Origin: Selaginella moellendorffii | Lineage: Eukaryota > Plantae > Lycopodiophyta | Reading direction: 5' to 3' | Assembly: GCF_000143415.4 (NCBI RefSeq) | Contig: NW_003314274.1 | Coordinates: 1,378,851-1,442,850, forward strand | Length of the DNA stretch: 64,000 nucleotides | Program-made: the position numbers and the translations under genes | In this document: piece by piece, positions 50,118 through 63,667 of the stretch | Position numbering within the stretch: position 1 is the stretch's first letter | Layout: the number at the start of each line of letters is the position of its first letter | Notes under the pieces: generated by a model | The model's database searches: none | What the model saw: the letters and a program-made list of their open reading frames with translations, nothing else | Told to the model about the DNA's origin: nothing

Positions 50118-53104
50118 TGCCAGTGGTGTGTCCGGTGGTGTTGTGTAGTCGTCGTATTCTTTGCGATGTCCGATACTGGTTCGTCGGAGTTAGCTCGCGG
50201 TAATAATTCGTGTCGGATGTAATTCTCTCTCTTGGAGGGTCTAACAACTTGATTCAACTTCACTTGGTCTTTCTTTCTCTTTGTTTCTAAATTCTTCAAA
50301 TCTCTATCTAAACGTCAGATAAGCTGTTGTCGGTCTTCTTCCGACTTGCTGGATGTTCTTTGTGGTTTTGGATACATGCATCCTTCTACTAGTTGTCGGT
50401 GTCAGATTTGTGTTTGCAGTCAATCATGCAGTTCGGGTAGAACTTTGGGAAGACTGTCGGCGGGCCAATTGTTGATAAAGTTGTTGTGAGCTTGTTCTTT
50501 CTTTTCAGTGCAAATATCAACAGTGGTGTGTGTTGGGTTGGGTTGTGTTCAGCCAAGTTGTGTTGGGTCGAGTGTGCTGGTGTAGTATGCAAACTGGTCT
50601 TCCACTTGCTGGTGCCGAGATGGAGTTCGATGAAGAGTTTCGGATATTCGGGTTTGTCTGGAATGATTTCTTCGATAATGTTGTCGAGTTGTTCAAGTCA
50701 GGATTGGGCGATGGCGTGATTGGCAAGAGTTGTTGCAGCGAACGTGTTGATTTTGAACCAAGTTCGGACTGTTGTTTCGGTGCTGAGCTGCTGACTTTGT
50801 TGGAGGGGTTGTTGAAAAATCGGTGGTGCGTTGTGAAGTTGTCCCTCGACAAGTTGTCCGATACCGGGTAACAAAGTGATGGGTTCGTCGTTGGTGTAGG
50901 TTCTGAGGATGTGCTTCAATATTGGGACTGGGTGCAGGAACTGGAATCGTGTCAGAGCACTAGGATTGCCGGGTCGACAACTGCATGGAAGATGGGTTCG
51001 TTTCGGCAGTGGTGTCGGTTTGTGTCGAGCGCGCTGGTTGAGGTCTCGAGCTTGGAGTGGGTGGTCTTGTGCTCGAAGATGGAGTTTGCCAATGAAGCTG
51101 TTGAGGGCGTCTGCTGATGAAGGTGCTGGTAGATTGGAGTTTCTTGTCAAAGAGGGTTGTTGGTGTTCTTTGTCGGTGATTGGACTTAGAGATCTTGAGA
51201 GAGATCTTTCAGATTCTTCAAAGATCTCCTCTAGAAAGTGTCTGTCTTTACTGCATTGGGCAGCAACCGCTTGGACGCCGTTGATCCATGTTGGCAGTGG
51301 CATTTGCTTGTTGAATTTGGGCGAATGTACGAATTAGAGCGTAATTTGGGCGAATTTGGGTGAGATGGGTAGATTTCTGGATCGTTCTTGCTATCTGCGC
51401 ACAGAGAATGGAGAAAAAATAGAAGAATTTGTAAACCTGAAGGGGAATTCAGAAGCCATGGTCGCCAAATGAAGAGGTGTGAAAACTTCTCTTCGCTGGA
51501 AATCTACTGTTAGTAAGAAAATAAAAGAGAAAAGGGCCCGATCTCCAAGGGCTAAGAAGAAGCATGAGTAAGAGAATGTTGTGTATTGATAAAAAAAATG
51601 ATGGAATGGAGATAGGGATTCACAATTAGGATTCCCCCCTTTGAAAGGCTAGCAGTTCTAACTGCTAGCATATACTATATGTTGTGCATAATTTAATCTA
51701 TGGCTCTGATGCAGCCCTAGGTTCAAGGCTGGAGTCCCTTGAGCCTAGGTTTTTGGTTGATACAGATGGAATCAATTTTTTTCTACAACTTCCACTTTCA
51801 AGATTCACATATCCAAGATTTTATCATAAATAAGATAATGTGATATTAATGTAATATATGAAATATTGCATATATACCTCCTTAGACTAGTAGTAGATTA
51901 TACACTTTGTAGTAAATCCCACAAATTAACTTTGTCTAATTGAGTCTTTTGGTAGTCCAAATTAAGTAGGGGGCTCTTTAAGCATAGTTTTCTAAACATA
52001 TTTCAGAGTTGCAAATGAGTTTTTTGTAATCTCTTCTTACATAACATCTTTGAAATAGTTGATAAAACTACTTTGTATCCCTTTTGGCATTAGATACATG
52101 TATGTACTAACATGCACTATGGTTCTTCTAGCCACTCTATCCCAAGGAAGAAAGTAGTATATTTTAACTTCACAACTGACACGGCATAAAGTAGCATTTC
52201 CATGGAATCAACACTTGAATTTAACAATAATTGTATCATAAGTAGGAAAATTGATTACAAACTTTTTGAAAAACATGAATTTTTGTAAAGATTTCAATTG
52301 TATATTTTATCCATACAATCCAAATGCCTACCACAGTGAACCATAGACATTATACCTTTAAAATGTTAGAAGTGTGTGGTCTTAATCTTGGATTATTTAT
52401 GGATATCTTACTTACTATCCATTTGTTTGGAACCAAAGTTACTAATAAAAGATGGTAATTTGAAGAAGATGTTGCCATTATAGGAGGATAGAACTTTCCT
52501 TTTGGGTTTATATAAAAAAAACTGCACATTGACTAAGAGGTGGGAAAATTAGAAAATGTTATTAATAGTTTTGAATATTACTGAAGATGGAGTTAGTGAA
52601 TTTAGGGTTGATGAATTGGAAGAGGAAGAGAGGATGACAAATAATTCTTGCTTCACATTCATTTTAGCCAAATTGCATTTTTGACACTTTTATTGAAGAT
52701 TAAAAAAACTGAAATTTACTTGGACTTGGAATTCTACAAATTCTATTATTACCTGCCCTCACCCACACAAAAAAACACTCCAAGAATGCAATCATACTAG
52801 TATTGTTGTGAATCACAACCTCCAAAGAAATAGACCAATATAAAACCTTTTAAAAATAAGTTTTAAAAGAATAAAAGTAATGGGTGATTTTAAAAATGTA
52901 GAAGAAACCTCTCTATTATTTTCTTTAGGTTTTGAGTTCTTTATCTCTCTCTTTGTGCTCCTTGTAAAAATTCATAATGAAACATAAATTGAAATTTAAG
53001 GTAAAAATAAGAAGAATGTTAACAACATAAAAAATGAATTTAAATACTACAACATATATAATATATATGTATATGTGACAATTATAATATTATTGTCATG
53101 TATT

Positions 53105-53594
53105 TGTAAGCAACCAAAGGGAACAACTCAAGAAACGATCTATAAAGGTTCAAATATAGAGGAAAAGGGCCCATGAACATGAGTGCACCCCTTTTTCAAT
53201 CAATTATGGGTTTTGGGATATTTAAGGTTAACTGTCCTTGAGTTTGAATAATACAAAGTTAGGTGACTTTCTAAGAAGTTCAAATTCAGGGGTATACATT
53301 TGATATCAAAGGGGTTTTGGGTCTAACTCTGTTAGTTGATTAGGGGAATCGCATTATATATTGATTTATATCTGACAAGTTTAATTTGCTTTGGTGGATT
53401 ATAAGTAACTAAAGGAAATAACTCAAGAGACGATTCATAAGGGTTCAAATATAAAGGGAAAGGGCTCATATACAAGAATGCACCCCTTTTTCCAATCAAT
53501 TAAAGGTTTTGGGATATTTGGGGTTAAGCGTTATTGGGTTTAAATAATATTGGGCTGGATGACCTCTCAGAAAATTTAAATTTAGGAGTTTATA
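53105..53594 (+). mobile_element. Cassandra TRIM, complete two-LTR copy with a shortened internal domain
   Basis: LTRs 53105-53298 and 53400-53594 with degenerate 5S segments, PBS relic TGATATCAAAG, perfect TSD GTATT. Confidence 0.88.
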
Positions 53595-55599
53595 GTATTA
53601 TGATGTATGATGCATGCACATACGTAGATCCAAGGAAGGGTTTTTAACATGTGAAGTCTAATAGTCAGTGATGATGGCAATAATGATATTCTTGTATGAT
53701 ATATAAATGATCTATTCTTGTATGAAATCTAATAATCAGTGATGATGGCAATAATGATTTGTTCTTGTATGATATATAAATGATCTGACTATCAATATGT
53801 GTGAAGTGTCATTATGTTGTTAAATCTTTAGTGTTAGTTATAATAATTCATTAATGACATAGATTCAATTATTAGTACAAGTTGAGTTTTATCCATAAGC
53901 GCACACACTACTTAATGACATTTAGAACACATGCCTTCAGTTTAAGTTCTTACATAACATAAAATAAGTTTATAGATGAGGAATCATCTATTCATAGATT
54001 AATATAGTACAACATATTTAATATGGTAAAGCTTTTTTATACTCTTTAAAGTTACTGTAATGAATCTAAAATATATATGATATTGATGAGAATGTAACTT
54101 GTCTATATCATTGTGAAAAATAATATTATATCTTACATAACATAAATATTAATTAACTAGCACTATCTATGGGTGATTAGATTCAAAACATTGTATTCAA
54201 AACACTATGAAGATTATTAATTTTAAGTGTTTAGGATGACTGGCTAAAATATTAATATCATTGAAAGGGATGTACAACTTTAATGGCTGCTAGATATAGT
54301 ACAATAATTGGTATCTTCTAAAAAAAATTTATATCTCCCAAAAAATGTTTATATGGCTTAAATGAAGTGTATTAATAATTAATTTCGTAATGATATTAAT
54401 GTTCTAGTTAACCATGTCTATGCAGAAAGGACTATAGATGTTAATAAACTTGTATTGGCCTACTAAAAGATCAATAAGTAAATTTGCTCTTATTTTGTCA
54501 TATTTGAAAGCTTAGACAGTTTGCTATCCAAAAATAAATTTTGTCCATGATATGGAGAAACTTCATTTTTTAGTACACTTGAGTGAGGATAATATTTGAC
54601 AACATTATAACAATGATCTTTTAACACTTGTTTGGTATTAAATGATAGTATTCCATGATTTAATAACCTTTAATATTTTTCCTTCATTTTAAAAGCTTGT
54701 TTTATTGTTTTGGTTTCTAACCTTTGATGAAGATTAAGAAAAATGTATATAAACTTATGCATCCAGAGATGAGTCGAAAAGAGCTCTCTATCGAGCTTGT
54801 ACAAATAAAACATAAAATTCAATATGCAAAGCTTTCAAATATTTACCTAAAGGAAATAATATTGTAATCTATCAAATCTAATTTTAGTAGCAATTAACAT
54901 ATTAGAATAATAGCCAATAAATACATTTTTTGTTTTCTTAAGCAAACTTATAAGGGGAGTGGGGTGGTAGTGGATATACATAAATTATGCTTTGATATTC
55001 TAAAGTATTTTACCATCTAATGGTTATTATTTATTCAAATTAGTCTTGTGAGGTTGAAGTGTACAATTATGATACCATATACTAATATTAGCATAATGGG
55101 ATTTTGGTAACTATTGGATTGGTTTCAATCCAAACCACTCACTCATGTATATAATTTATCCATATTCCATGCACTCACATTGGTGGAGTTGAGGGGTAAT
55201 TTTGATTGTCTTTGAGAAGTGTTTAAATTTAGGATTCTATTATAGATCTAGCTTTTGTATTGTTTATATCTTCCCTTTCTTTTAGCTTTCTTTATTTTTA
55301 TTTTTTTTGCTCTTTCCTTTTCATTCATCTTTATAGCAAAGTAGTAGTTTGCTCCTCCTTTGACTTTGGAGTAGCAGTTGGTGCAATTGCTCAATGCTAT
55401 GTGATTGCAATTGAGCAATCAAACTCAGTTGATGGCAGCATTCATGGCACGTGGTACAGCTCCTCTTGCTCTTGGTGCCAATCCTTGCTTTGAGCCGAAG
55501 TTCTTTTGTGGGAATCTTGGGGATGATATGTACTATTAGTTTGATCACTTTATAATGATTGCCACATATCATTCTTAGGATGATGCTCAATGTTTGTGT

Positions 55600-58500
55600 G
55601 AGTTTCTCATGTGTCTCTAAAAGATGGTGCTACAATGGTACAATAGTTTAATTGCAACCACTCATGAGGATTGAAGCATTCTCCCAAATATTTCAAGTGT
55701 GCATTTAGATATACCAACGATTGTGATAATGCCTTTGCATTGTCTTTATCAAGGGCCATCTGAGTCAGTGATGCAATTTGATATTTATTTCCAAAGCCTC
55801 TTGCTTTGTGCGAAGCCAAATATGTCTAAGGAGATAAAGTTAGGAATGTTGTGGCTAACATTTGTCAAGATCTTGCAGACCTTGTGCATGCATTTGCTCC
55901 CGCCACCCTTGACAATGCTCTTTATTTGGCATAACATTATGAGATGTCGCCTCTTCCACTTTTTGTTGCATATTTTTTAGCTCTACTTCTTATGGGAAAT
56001 AATTCTATTCCAATGGAAGTTGATGGTACTACTGCTCAAGTTCAAAGACAAGGCCGAGGATGTGGTCGTGGCTATGATGTCTACTATGGGCATGTGATAA
56101 AGTTGGTCACACTTATTAGCATTGTCAACATTTTCCAGATTAATGACTTCCATTATTGGGTGGAGACCTTGGCATCAACAACATTCTATTGGTGTTGCTG
56201 CAATGGAAAGTTTAGACACCAAGATACTTCTAAGAAACAAAAAGTCACGTAAAGAGCAAAGGGACCTTGCACAAATAACTTAGTGACCCTTTCATCTTTC
56301 TTTCAAGAATATCATCAAAGGGTTCACTTGACATTAATTCATCCAGTGTTTACTTTCCAAGCTCATTTTTATAACAAAAGATCTTATATTATTCTCTCCA
56401 TGTTGATTGATATAGGCTCGAGTTTATCGTCTATTACTCAGCCTATTTCCATATGTTACCGTTTACATTTGCATCGTGTGGCATAGTCAGTTTTCATTCT
56501 TTATGGCAACGATTGTACATATGCATATGCATGGACCTAATTGTGAGTGTGGGCGATCTCAAGCTTGAATTGCAGTCATTACGAGTGGTGCTAAGTCAAG
56601 CTTTTGACCTCATCCTTAGTATAGATTGGTTGCGACACAATCATGCCAAGTATAACTTTAAGGCTTCTCCCTTTTGTTTTATACTTTTTTATATTTGTTT
56701 TATTCCTATCATATTTGTTCTTTTTCATCCTTTTGCTTCTACCTCTGCTTCCATCACTTTTGTTTCCTCATTACTTCCTCCTATGTTTCTATTTTGTTTC
56801 TTTCTTCCCTTTTCTAATCCCTTCAACAGTCTTTGTGTTGCAGCGATTGACTACCTCATAAAGGAGTATGCCAATCTTTTTGAATTTGACCTGTCGTCTG
56901 GGGCCAAAATTAAAACATGTCATCCTATTCCAACTAAGGATGCTCACACAATCAAGGTTCCTATTCATCATTGGTCACTAAAAGAGATTAAGATTTCATA
57001 TGCAAACGTCAATGAGATGTTAGAAAATAAAGTCGCGAAATCCTTGGGCATGTGAACTTTATCTTGTGACCAAGTTTGATAGGAGTATTCATTTTTGCAT
57101 TGACTATTGTTTGTTAAACAAAGTGACAATTCTGGATGTATGTATACCCTCTTCATCACACACTACTGATCTCTTGAATTGTCTAGGGAGAAGTTGTTGA
57201 TTCACTAAATTAGATTTTGCTTCTGGTTATTGGCAAGTACCAATGGTCGAAGATGATATTCCTAAGATTGTTTTTCATACATTGCTTGGTTTGTACAAGT
57301 TTCTGGTGATGCTATTTTATTTGAACAATGCTTTAGCAACTTTCCAGCAAATAATGGACAAGATTCTTTGCAATATACTAAAGGTGACTACTAATTTCAT
57401 TGATGATGTTTTAATCCACTTAGAGGGGATGTGGGAGGAATATATCCATGATATTCGTAAAGTGTTGGATGGACTTCAGGATATTAGTTTAAAGTTGAAC
57501 CAGTTGAAATGTGTGTTTAGGTCCAAGGACACAATTTATTTTAGGTATTGTATTTCTTGTGAGGGTTTGCAAGTTGATCTTAACAAATTTGTGGCTATTC
57601 TAAAGTTCCCTACTCCAAAGTGTGTGAATGATGTGCAACACTTTATGGGCAAGGTGTAATATTTCGGTTATTTTGTTAATCATCATTCCGATTACACTGC
57701 ACTGTTGCCAACGTTGCTGAAGTCATTAATGGCATCTTTCATCTAGTCTGCAGATTGTGAGTGGGTGTTTACAAATCTCAAAGAGCTATTGATGACTCCT
57801 CCCTTTTTGGTGTATTCTGACTACACTTGACCTTTCATTTTATGTATGGATGCTTTTGACATTGCTCTTAGACGTGTGTTGTTGCAAGAGAGGCTGAGTA
57901 TGCTTGGTTAGTGCCATCCCATTACATATATCAGTTGTACGTCATAACCAATAGAGGTGAACTACTCCACGATAGAGAAAAAGTGTTTAGAGCAGTTTGG
58001 GGTTTCAAGAAACTTCATACATATCTACATAGTTTTTGGACATTACTAAAAGGTGATCATACTATAGTTACTTTATTATTGAAGCGGAAAAACTTGATTA
58101 GTCTTGGGCATTGAAACTTTAAATATATAATTTTGATGTTGTTCATCGCTTGGGGAGTTTTATAATTAATGTTGATACCCTTTCTCAAGCTCATTTTCCT
58201 TCTTTGCTCTCTTCTCATGTTTCTGACGAGCTTGTTATTCTTGCATTTATGGATTTTTTTAGACAAGGATTCTATGTCATTGGCAGTTGTTATACTTGAT
58301 GTTTAGTGTTCACAAAATACAGATGCAAAGCAAGATTTACCTTCTTTTGATGAGATTTATGAGGCTCAAAAGATTGAGCCATGGATTCAAATGCATTATG
58401 ATGGGTTTGAGAATCTTGGATCACTTGTTGATAACTTGCTATTTCGACATTTATATTCTAAATTATGGTCGACTACTAGCAATGAGTATGTCAATATTGC

Positions 58501-58979
58501 TTTTGACTACTTATATTGTTGGGTGGAAGTTGGTGCTCTTGCTAATACATCTGCCATTACTGTTAATTACTTCTTCCTCAATTGAATAGTGTTTTAGCAT
58601 TCCTGCCTAAAGCAAATTCTTTCGGATAATAGTCTTGCATTTATGGTTGAAGCATTTCATGTTTTAACGTCTTGTTTGAGGATATGCCACACTTTCACAA
58701 ATGTTTATCATCCATAGTTAAACAATCTGATGGAATGGCTCATTTAGACCTTCAAAGGGATGATTGTGAAATACATGAATTATTGCATTTGGATTAGGAT
58801 GCCATCTCTTTAGCATATGTTACAAGAGTGCAAAGTTCTACTAGTGCTTCACTATCTAAACTTCTATATGGTCATGATCTAATACTACCAATAGAGTTGG
58901 GTTTACTATCGTAGTTGCCACAGGATGCTGATACTAGGTCATGGGATCAATATTTGACAAGCATTCTTCCACTTATCCA
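55600..58979 (+). mobile_element. Heavily decayed Ty3/Gypsy internal region, truncated by the right inverted arm
   Basis: LDFASGYWQVPM..LYKFLVM..LNNALATFQQIMD..NFIDDVLI RT, plus protease-, RNase H- and integrase-like relics with many stops. Confidence 0.8.
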
Positions 58980-61900
58980 AGAATTATAAATTTTTAAAAC
59001 AAGTAAAAAGGCATTCTTCTCCACTTAATTTATTGTACCTTTTGTTATTGTATTATTTTATAATTTATTATCACTACCCTCACTATTATCTTTTTTATTT
59101 CTTATGTGGCTTGATTGTGATATGCAATGAGATAGTTATTGCAACCCCTAGCCCTTGAATTACTACCATAAGAAAAAAAATTGCAAGAGTTGAAACTACC
59201 AACATTAAAAATCATATATATTTATGTGTAGTTTCCTCTCTTTGAATAAAAGTGTGATTAAATATCCATAAATTCTAAACAAGTAAACCCCTCAAAAATA
59301 TATTTTATAGAAGAATGATACCTATCTTTTATATGCAACAAATATATTCAATGGTTGCTTTTACCTTTTAAACAATTACATGACTTTTACAAAAGAATCT
59401 TAGTTAAAATTTAATAACTTTAAATTCTGACCAAAAACTATAGTAATGATTTTAAAGAAGTCATAATTTTAATATTTTTACAAACAAATCTTATCTTATT
59501 TTATGTTTTGACAAACCTATCTATTATGGCATGTAGTAAATATTTAAACTCTTGAATATGAAGTGTCTTCTAAAACATTTTTATTTATATAAAGTGCAAA
59601 GAGTTAGAAAAATATAATATAAATTTTTTTGCCATAAACCTTAATTTTCTAAATTTATAGTGTTTGTAAATTGCTGAACTTATGAGCTCAACTCTTCAAC
59701 TCGTGACCTCAAGAATTTTTTGCACTCTTATCTTTGTCTTACATTAACTTCTTCATATATTAAGCATTAATCCTTTAATAGCATACATTCGGGAGTTTGG
59801 CTTTATCCCCTTGTTTAATGGCCAAAGTTGTTTTCACTCATGTTCCTATTTGTGCACCTTAAAGAAACTCTATATTGGACTTCGACTTTGGTTCTCTACA
59901 AAGGCAATTTCTTGAAATCCATTGGTAAACAAGCAAGGAAACCTTAGCATTTTCATATGAGGATATCTCAGTACCTTACAATTAGACAAGATGGAGTATA
60001 TATTGAGCACAAGGAATCATTTGACAACCAAAAATATTGAGTCAATGCAAGGCTCTAATAGGAGTAACAATGTAAGAAAACTCTCAATCTCGATAGAAGT
60101 GTGAATCCAGATGGGAGCTGCAATGAAAGATTTGGAAGATCAAGCCAAGCAAACTCAATATGATATACTTTGAGAAGAAGAAAAACATAGCAATGCAGTT
60201 GTGCTAATTAATCTTCCTCTTTTTCATCTAGGGTGCTTGAAACTAAAGTCTATGAATAATCCCACCACAATGTTCATATGGTTCACCCACTCCCACTCCC
60301 AGTTTATAGATCACTCTGAATAAAGTCTATAATATGTCTATAGCGATCAGACAAAAAACTTTATGGTAGTTTAGAATATCTTTGAAAACTTTAATGAAGA
60401 AAATAATAGGGCTATAGCATATGGATATTTGTAACCTGGTGCTAGCCCTAAAAACACAGGAAATTACTTGTGGAATATCCACTATAGTAGGATTGGTAAT
60501 CCTAATCCGGGAGTGGACGGTGTCCAGTGTTCACCCTAACTCTAAAATATCCAAACATATTTTAGGAGATTCCTTCATCTTGAACTTTTTCTTAATTCAT
60601 TTGTAACAAAGGTTTTATATAAAATGTTAAGTATCACTGAGTGTTTTTCCACTCTCATGTAAGCCATAACTCAATCAGCTCTAACCTGGATGAACAGATC
60701 CATCTCCTTTTTTAGCCCAGCAATTGTTGATACAATTATAAGGAATTACACTGCTTGATTTTGTTGCATGTGGTATAAATCAAAGACAGTCATGTACTTC
60801 TGTGGAAAGACACTCTACTAGCCCCACACAAGTACAATCCCATCGCAAAAAGACCCATGAGGATTGACATTTACCTAGCAAGAGCGTTTGCAGTTTGGAC
60901 ATTCAATTTGTATAACCTAAGAGGTTATCAGGGAGGATTGGATTATCAGTTTAAATGAAAATATTCCTTTTCATTAAAATTTTAGTTCATTTCATCTCAT
61001 AGACCGTTTATATAAATTTAAAAAGCTCAGTAAACAAGTTGTATTGGCACAGCTATTGAGCAAGTAAACCCTTGTCTAGTCCAAGTCTTTGAATTCACAT
61101 CATACGAAAAGCAAACCTTGCTCTTCTTACCTCCTTTGCAAGAGCAAGAAAAGTTGAGAACACTCTCAATTTGCCCAGTAAATCTAAATTCCCCAGCCTC
61201 CAAACCCACAACATACTCACTCAAAAATTCAGTCCAGATTTCTTTTACTTCAATATGAACTTCCCAAACCTCCACTCTACCTTTCTTCTCTGCATTCAGC
61301 ACGAGCACGTAGAGTTTGTTGGCCCATGCAGCAACGCAGACACCATCACCAACTTTATCATACAGATGCGAATAGAAAAACTCGTTGCGTGTCAAGTCAT
61401 ACTGGAGGAGCCACTTTTGATCGCGCGAAGCAGTACAATACACTACACCATCTAGCAGCACCGGGATCGATCCAGGGGCGACGTCCCCTTTGGCAGGAAT
61501 CCACGCCACCTGGCCGCGAACGAAGGTGTAGAGCGTGCCATCCGAGAACCACACCACAACCTTGTAATCCCCGGGAGGAGAATTCGAAGCGGCAGCAAAG
61601 AGGCAGACCCTGGACATGTCCCCAAATCGCAGGTAGGGGATCTCCTCCCACTTGGCCACGAAGGGACTCCCGACGAAGAGCCTCCTCTCCTGCGAGGAGC
61701 GCGCCAGGACGAGGCGCTTGTCCTGGGACACTGCGCACAGCCAGTCGGGGTCGGGGACATCCCTCTCCACGTTTTCAAAGTGCTGCGGCGCCCATCGCAT
61801 CATCACGCCGCTGCTGTCCTGGATCGAATTGCTATCTAGGAAGAGTTTGGCACTGTCCCTGTACGAGCTCCGGAAGCTGGGTGCATCCACCACAGATCTC

Positions 61901-63667
61901 CACACCTGGCACACACATCTTGCCCTTAGAACACCTGAGAAAGGGAGCCTGCGAAGGATCTCCCTGACTAGCTCCGGCATAAGGCCGGACATCCCTGCCC
62001 ACGCCATCTTGCGCGATGCCATAACCACCGGGCCCTAAGGGTTAAGCCAATGGCAGCTTAACTAACAAAAGGTATGAAGTTTAAGTTTTCAAAGATATTT
62101 GTTTTGCCTGGTTGCTACAATATTATAGACTTTGGAGATCAGAGTGATCTATAAACTGGGACTGGGAGTGGGAGTGGGAAGACCATATGAACATTGTGGT
62201 GGGATTATCCAGCTCTCTGGCTCCATAGACTAAGATCAGCCAGCATGACTACATTGCTGTGTTTTTCTTCTTCTTGAAGTATACCACATCCTGATCTTCC
62301 AAATCTTTCACTGCAGCTCCCATCTGGATCCGGATTTCTATTGAGATTGAGAGTTTTCATACATTCTTCCTCCAACCTTTGGAACTTGTCAATGATATCG
62401 AGAGACATTAGAGGCTTGCAGCGACATAATCTTTTGGGCTGTCAAACGATTCCTCGTGCTCAGTACATACTCCATCTTGTCTAACTGTATGAAAAGGCCG
62501 AGGTTTCCTTGCTTGTATACCAATGGATTTCAACGATTCTGATGGTCTTTTTCTTTGCGAAGTCCAATTTAGAGCTTCTTTAAGGTGCACAAACGGGAAC
62601 ATGAGCGCGGTTGCTTCCAACGACTTCTGTAAAAATCTGGTTCACAGGTACACTCTTTTTCTGAAATTTATGTTCTCCAGATATGAACAAGGCTAAAACA
62701 GTGATAGTATCTATTCTCTCCAAGTATTCATGGTGAATGCGCATCACTCCATTCAGTCCAGATCATCTGGTAAGTCTTCTGTTTTTTGCTTTATGTTTCT
62801 GCATTATTTTCTTTCTTTCCTTCGTTGAACGGAAATGCATCTGGTCTGTCCAATGCATTGCCATTGCCTCACGCACAAGCCGAGAAATTTACAACGAACA
62901 CAGGAAGTGGAGCAGCAAACTTCTCGTAAGTGGTCCCCGTTCGTTTTTTTTTTTTTTTTTGACATCAAAAGGCCGCGAACGCGTTGTATTGCGACCTCAA
63001 GGGCGGGCCTCATTTCTCCTTGCAAGCACCAAGTGACGACGTTAATGTATACTCGATTTGCCAAAGTTCTCCATTATTTACAGGGACATATTATATGTGT
63101 GAGAGCAAAAAAGAGCGAAGGCATTGGCTTTGTGTCCGCCTGAGCAAGAGCCTCAATGCTGCTACATAGGATCCTCTTCCTAAAGACCTCCTGTCTGCAT
63201 TCATTTTCTGTTTCTTTCCCTTTTGTTTTGGTGCCATGGTGGGGATATTGCAGCGAGGATGTTCAAAGTAGCTATCTTCTTCTTTTCTAAGGGTGTTGAA
63301 ACCTTTCTTGTAAGAAAGAAGAGAGAACGCACTGTTTAACGATGTTTTGACGCTCCTCTGTTGCAAGACCCCAGAGATTGGAGAGAACGCCAAGGCCGGG
63401 ACGGTGGCGAAGCTGGAATCCATCTCGATCCAAGAGGAAGTGGGCTTCGCAGAAGAGGAGCCAGATGGCGTAGTTTCTATGCGTTTATATTTAATATAGC
63501 CTTCTCATTTTGCTTAATTACGGAGTTTTCTAACAGGGGAAGCGTGTTGTAGAAGCTCCCCAAAATCTTAAAACTAGCCGTTGTAACGAAGAACCCTAGA
63601 AATGGGGATGGGGAAGGTAAGAAATCTTTCTCGCGCAGCTCCTGATCAGTCTCGTCTACAGGATCGT
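58980..63667 (-). repeat. Right arm of the ~4.65 kb inverted duplication
   Basis: Reverse complement of 28365-33020, including its own inner inverted repeat (~59835-60394 and ~62080-62608). Confidence 0.95.
61027..62022 (-). CDS. F-box protein, copy 2
   Basis: Intact ORF differing from copy 1 by R6M, a PD insertion, K>E and V>E. Confidence 0.9.
   Translation of the reverse strand: MASRKMAWAGMSGLMPELVREILRRLPFSGVLRARCVCQVWRSVVDAPSFRSSYRDSAKLFLDSNSIQDSSGVMMRWAPQHFENVERDVPDPDWLCAVSQDKRLVLARSSQERRLFVGSPFVAKWEEIPYLRFGDMSRVCLFAAASNSPPGDYKVVVWFSDGTLYTFVRGQVAWIPAKGDVAPGSIPVLLDGVVYCTASRDQKWLLQYDLTRNEFFYSHLYDKVGDGVCVAAWANKLYVLVLNAEKKGRVEVWEVHIEVKEIWTEFLSEYVVGLEAGEFRFTGQIESVLNFSCSCKGGKKSKVCFSYDVNSKTWTRQGFTCSIAVPIQLVY

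Larger units (their letters stand above)
41195..51764 (-). mobile_element. Full-length non-chromovirus Ty3/Gypsy retrotransposon (Athila-like RT; probably Selgy lineage), mutated
   Basis: 295 bp LTRs at 41195-41489 and 51470-51764, TSD GATGG, PBS TGGCGACCATG (tRNA-Arg type), PPT GGGAGCAGAG; domain order gag-PR-RT-RH-INT. Confidence 0.95.
33250..52660 (-). pseudogene. SWIM zinc-finger gene relic (possibly MULE-related) split by nested retroelements; ~2 kb in four pieces
   Basis: 39591-39680 on the minus strand reads KYTIVIQEFPSCTCPNFIKC. Across the Cassandra TSD it continues at 33385 into a degenerate HMHYIF (CKHxxxI position). TSDs link 39591-40416, 41050-41194 and 51765 onward as one former sequence. 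Confidence 0.5.

Noticed and set aside
53620-55050. AT-rich region with a ~69 bp tandem duplication and possible transposase relics
   Set aside because: Too decayed to assign by eye.
28365-63667. Giant TIR transposon (Maverick/CACTA-like) defined by the 4.65 kb arms
   Set aside because: No TSD or terminal motif, no transposase or polymerase inside, and the left end lies within a host gene.
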